From: Candidatus Hydrothermarchaeum profundi
GTDB taxonomy: Archaea; Hydrothermarchaeota; Hydrothermarchaeia; Hydrothermarchaeales; Hydrothermarchaeaceae
Direction of reading: 5' to 3'
NCBI GenBank assembly: GCA_002011125.2
Contig: MTMF02000008.1
Location: 71,019 to 135,018, forward strand
DNA: 64,000 nucleotides
The position numbers were made by a program, and so were the translations under genes. Every line of letters starts with the position of its first letter. The stretch's first letter is position 1. Shown here piece after piece: positions 59,549 through 64,000 of the stretch. The notes under the pieces are model-generated. The model was not told where the DNA came from and ran no database searches. It worked only from the letters and a program-made list of their open reading frames with translations.

Positions 59549-59923
59549 GTGGGAGAGGAAACTATAATGGAGAAGGTCTCCAGGAGCAGTGAGGCCACGG
59601 AACAGTTCCTTAACTTTAAGATCCGTGATAGTCTACGTCTGATGCTTGAGCAGGGTAATCAGAGGGGGTTTATCGAGCTTGTCGAGCTACTGGAGTACAA
59701 TCTTCAGCCCGTGTTTGACGAAGAATACCGGGAGGATATCAAGCGGATTGAGGAAGCCAAAAAAGAGTTCCTGGAGGAGAACCTAGGTGCGGATCCTTTT
59801 CAAAATAGGGAGCTTAAGAAACAAGCGGCTTATGATGCTGCAAAAGAGAAGTATGGGGCCCTGATACGCCTGCTCTCCAGGAAGGGCCTGACCGGGGCGC
59901 TTGACGGGTTTGAGGACCTATGA
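59549..59923 (+). CDS. Viral helical protein
   Basis: GGTGA SD; coupled to ATPase. Confidence 0.6.
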   Translation: MGEETIMEKVSRSSEATEQFLNFKIRDSLRLMLEQGNQRGFIELVELLEYNLQPVFDEEYREDIKRIEEAKKEFLEENLGADPFQNRELKKQAAYDAAKEKYGALIRLLSRKGLTGALDGFEDL

Positions 59924-60762
59924 GCATACTAATCGACCATATCAGGGAGAGGCTCAGGCATAACAAGAACTTCATGATGAATATTAGTGGAGAAACCGGT
60001 TCAGGTAAGAGCTATTCGGCTCTCCGTATCGCCGAGCTCATTGACCCGGGCTTTAATGCTGAGAGGATCGTTTTCACGCCTGAGGACTATATCAATGCGA
60101 TAGAAGCTGCTAGGAAGAGGGAATGCATCATATTTGATGAGGCTGGCGTGGGGATACCTAACCGTGAGTGGTACAGCATTACGAACCGGCTTGTGAACTA
60201 TACTAGCCAGATATTCAGGTTCAAGAACCTTGTTGTGATCTATACTAGTCCTTTCAGTAAGTTCATTGATAGCAGCCTTGTTAAGCTGCTTCACGCCTAT
60301 GCTGAGACCGTGGGGATAGACTACAAGAACAACTTGTGCCATCTTAAGGTGTTCAGGCTTCAGTATAATGAGAGAGCCGGGAAGCTCTACTATCACTACC
60401 TTACGCTTAGGGAGCCCGGGGGGATGCTTAAGAGGATAGTCAGGGTAAGGGTTTCAAGGCCCAGCCCCGAGCTGGTAAGGGAGTATGAGGCTAAGAAAAA
60501 GAGGTACTTCAAGACCCTGCTCAAGGACGCACAGGAGATAATAGAAGAGGCGAAGAGGAGGGAGGAAGAGAAGAAGAGGCTCGGGAGAATAGACTATGAA
60601 GAGATCTGCGACAAGGTCGTTGCTGACCTCGACAAGTATACCCGGAGCTGGGGGAAGCGTAAGATCATAGATACTAAGAGGATTGAGGCGGACTTCAACA
60701 TAAGCTATGGAGCTGCGAGGAAGGTTGTTGGGAAGCTGCTTTCTAGAGGGGTCATATCTTGA
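59920..60762 (+). CDS. Viral AAA/P-loop ATPase with possible C-terminal HTH
   Basis: Walker A GETGSGKS, Walker B IIFDEAG; tail IEADFNISYGAARKV. Confidence 0.85.
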   Translation: MSILIDHIRERLRHNKNFMMNISGETGSGKSYSALRIAELIDPGFNAERIVFTPEDYINAIEAARKRECIIFDEAGVGIPNREWYSITNRLVNYTSQIFRFKNLVVIYTSPFSKFIDSSLVKLLHAYAETVGIDYKNNLCHLKVFRLQYNERAGKLYYHYLTLREPGGMLKRIVRVRVSRPSPELVREYEAKKKRYFKTLLKDAQEIIEEAKRREEEKKRLGRIDYEEICDKVVADLDKYTRSWGKRKIIDTKRIEADFNISYGAARKVVGKLLSRGVIS

Positions 60763-60829
60763 AAAAATGGAATTAATCTAATATAGTAAAAAAAAAGGCA
60801 AAATTTTAACAGGTTGGAGGTTAATTGAT

Positions 60830-61045
60830 TTGGGAGAGAGAGGTAAAAGGTTTTTAGAGAAGAACCCGGTAGAATCTCTAAGTAATGTTAAGAAGCGGGA
60901 GATCCTGTTTTCCTTAGATCTTGCCATGAGGGCTATTAAGATGAAGGAGAAGCTAGGAATACCTCTCACGCCGAAGGAACTCTACCTAATCGATGTATGT
61001 GAAGAAGCAATCCCTGCATTAAAGGAGAGCCTTAAAGAAAAATAG
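60830..61045 (+). CDS. Hypothetical protein
   Basis: GGAGGT SD. Confidence 0.5.
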   Translation: MGERGKRFLEKNPVESLSNVKKREILFSLDLAMRAIKMKEKLGIPLTPKELYLIDVCEEAIPALKESLKEK

Positions 61046-61105
61046 CGCTGATGCTTTCAAGGGGTTGTGATCTAGCTTCCAAGAAAGGGAGCGATGATAA
61101 TAGGT

Positions 61106-61131
61106 TAATATTGGGTATATACCCAATATTA
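61106..61131. repeat. Perfect 26-bp palindrome
   Basis: TAATATTGGGTATATACCCAATATTA is its own reverse complement. Confidence 0.95.
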
Positions 61132-61145
61132 TTCATACTCATATT

Positions 61146-61571
61146 TACTCCAATTTTACTCCAATAGTTTTTACCAGAACTAGATACTCCAAAGAAATAT
61201 TATTTTACTCCAAAATTACTCCAAAATTTTTGAGGAATTATTATTTCTAATCATATTTTTGGAGTAAAATCATGGAGTATTTGTTCATGCTTTTTGAATA
61301 AACTAATATCACTTTTTTGGTTTCAAGCTTTTTTCGAAAAATAAGCTTAAATCAGGCTTCTTTTTACTCCAAGCTTACTCCAAAGAAAAAGACCGTAAAG
61401 ATAATGTGTTACTCAGACCAAGCCAACGATCAAAAACCATGTTACTCCATAGCATGGAGTAGTACAAAAATGTACATTAACCAAGACCAAAAATATCTAT
61501 GTCTACTATGCTACTTTATAGCATGGAGTAATTTTACTCCAAACAGAAACTTGTGATACATTTTTGGAGTA
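61146..61571. repeat. Array of 14 TACTCCA/TGGAGTA boxes
   Basis: Forward at 61146, 61157, 61185, 61206, 61217, 61365, 61376, 61443, 61535; reverse at 61260, 61273, 61455, 61524, 61565. Confidence 0.9.
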
Positions 61572-61606
61572 AAAAATTAAAAAAGGAAAGTTTAACTTAT
61601 GGTGAT

Positions 61607-61801
61607 TTAAAAATAGGGAAGCTTCTCTTTTATTTTCATTATCTTTTTAGGTAGTTTGGAAACATGTTTTTCTATTCTTCCTAAAATCTCAACAGATCGT
61701 CTTCCACAATAATCACATTTATCACTTTCCCGAGAAATTATACGCTCTTTACCGTATTGATAACAAGATGGATTTTTGCATCTTATTCTCATTTGGCTCA
61801 T
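61607..61801 (-). CDS. Small Zn-ribbon protein
   Basis: CKNPSC...CDYC. Confidence 0.5.
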   Translation of the reverse strand: MSQMRIRCKNPSCYQYGKERIISRESDKCDYCGRRSVEILGRIEKHVSKLPKKIMKIKEKLPYF

Positions 61802-62332
61802 TTTAAATCAAAATGGCAGTAACTCTCCACGTATATTGTAACTCTCCACTATATATAATATAAGTTAAATATAAACCGTTGACAAATATAAAAATCTATT
61901 TCCTAGTTCAAGACTACCAATTATATAATCCAAGTCAAAAATTGCGCTTTATGCTTTTCCGATACTACATATTTTTATTTTTCTGCGGTTACCAGTACCA
62001 TGAGGTACTTCTCAATAATTAGTTGCCTATTTTCACTGATGAAAACTGTCTTATCTTTGAATCCACGTCTATCAGCCTTATTGGACATGAGCTAAACGGA
62101 GGATAAGTCTTTTCTCAGCTCTTCAATCGCCGTTAAACGCTCACTCTTTTAAGCCAGATGTTTATTCCTGCTCTTTGTAAGTATTTTACCTTTACTTCTA
62201 GGAAAAAAATAAATAGGCTAATGACTACTGAGTCTTGGCTAATACGCACTTTAATATTCTGTGTAAATACCTTGGAGACAAATTTTCTAAGGTTAGGAAA
62301 ATAATCAGAGATATACAATCAGAAATCTGTAT

Positions 62333-62407
62333 GGCCACGGTAGTGTAGCCTGGTTAGCACAAGGGACTGTGGATCCCTTAGCCCGAGTTCAAATCTCGGC
62401 CGTGGCC
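62333..62407 (+). tRNA. tRNA-His(GTG), encoded G-1
   Basis: G-GCCACGG, AGGGA-CTGTGGA-TCCCT, GTTCAAATC, C discriminator. Confidence 0.96.
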
Positions 62408-63260
62408 CTAACTTTCTATTATTCGCTTGGACAAAGATTAAATCTCCCTTATTATTTACAGTAATCAGAAAGCGCTATTGACCAAAAGTCTACTTGGCTC
62501 TTATTTCTGGGCGCAAAAATCTAGTGGCCAATTTAAATTAAGAAAAAAAGTTCTTTTGCTTTCATACCTACATAAAATTGGTAATTCTATCAGGATTTTT
62601 AAGGAACTTCTTTCTTGGAAAAAACCTTCAAAATTACAACTTATTAACCCTGCAAAGGATACCCTAAGTTTAAATACTAGACAATATTACACTAACGTTA
62701 CTCGAAAAAGGCGGCGCTTAATATTAATTTCTTCGACTTAAGTCCTCTTTTCCGTCAAAATAGGTGATACAAGATGGAAGAATACCTCCAATGCCCCCAA
62801 TGCTGGCGACATTACAACGAAGACAATGTCGTGGGGAAAACAACAGCAATAAAAGAAGGGATTAAGAGTACATACGAAGTTGTCCACTGCTCTTGTGGAA
62901 AAATATTTAGGGGCAGAAAGGTGGATGAAAAACAGCTTCCGAGGAGGCATTAAAAAATTGATGTTTTCTCAAGTTTCAAATAAACCAAAAAAAGGGACCG
63001 TTACAACATTTATTTCACTCGGCAAGTGTCTGGGTGAATACTACAAATTCCAAGTGAATTTGATTAATCACGTTAATCTTACCAAAAATATTCAGGAGAC
63101 ACGGAGACGGCAGCAGCTTCGAAGGGTGCATTTTGCAGATGATGAGAAGCTGTGTTGTTCCAATCCGTGGTACAATAACTATGGAGACCCGAGTTATATG
63201 GCTTCGGGTCTGACGTAAACTCGAGTGTGGTGAAACCCTGCCTACGGTGCGGTAATACCA

Positions 63261-64000
<740 letters not shown>

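Larger units (their letters stand above)
42703..61571. mobile_element. Provirus resembling spindle-shaped archaeal viruses (boundaries approximate; island may span 40688 to ~62300)
   Basis: Between tRNA-Glu and tRNA-His; GC shift; tyrosine recombinase, RHH switch, dense overlapping small ORFs, paired hydrophobic capsid-like genes, glycoprotein, AAA ATPase. Confidence 0.85.

Noticed and set aside
61317-61556. 79-aa ORF across the repeat array
   Set aside because: No SD, implausible composition, by-product of the array
61146-61571. CRISPR array
   Set aside because: Repeat is only 7-11 bp, in both orientations, with irregular spacing; no cas genes
61950-62318. Possible gene remnant before tRNA-His
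   Set aside because: Short interrupted frames with no recognisable family
40613-62407. tRNA-Glu and tRNA-His similarity as attL/attR
   Set aside because: Shared CGGTAGTGTAG and GTTCAAATC are generic tRNA motifs; both are complete, different tRNAs

Overview
Archaeal chromosome segment of the euryarchaeal type. The 16S 5' end, ATP-dependent ligase, NucS and archaeal tRNAs support this; the heme plus futalosine-menaquinone gene content would fit Hydrothermarchaeota, but that is inference. 1-40.7 kb is AT-rich housekeeping DNA: shikimate and aromatic genes, a hemE-hemH-hemY operon led by an AhbD-like radical SAM, the futalosine pathway, larBC, argJB, trpB, lig, nucS, tRNA-Gly and tRNA-Glu. It also holds an unannotated candidate RiPP cassette (22-aa Cys peptide, 46-aa Cys protein, RRE-rSAM/SPASM) and two candidate sRNAs. 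After tRNA-Glu come a DarTG toxin-antitoxin pair and a visibly GC-richer ~19 kb provirus that looks like a spindle-shaped (fusellovirus/His1-like) archaeal virus. It has a divergent RHH-RHH switch, an atypical tyrosine recombinase, many tiny Zn-finger and membrane ORFs, two paralogous capsid genes sharing perfect 46-bp and 104-bp repeats, a DUF2341 glycoprotein and an AAA ATPase. It ends in a perfect 26-bp palindrome and an array of 14 TACTCCA boxes. The window closes with tRNA-His and the start of 16S rRNA. All family calls come from motif recognition by eye; no database search was run.
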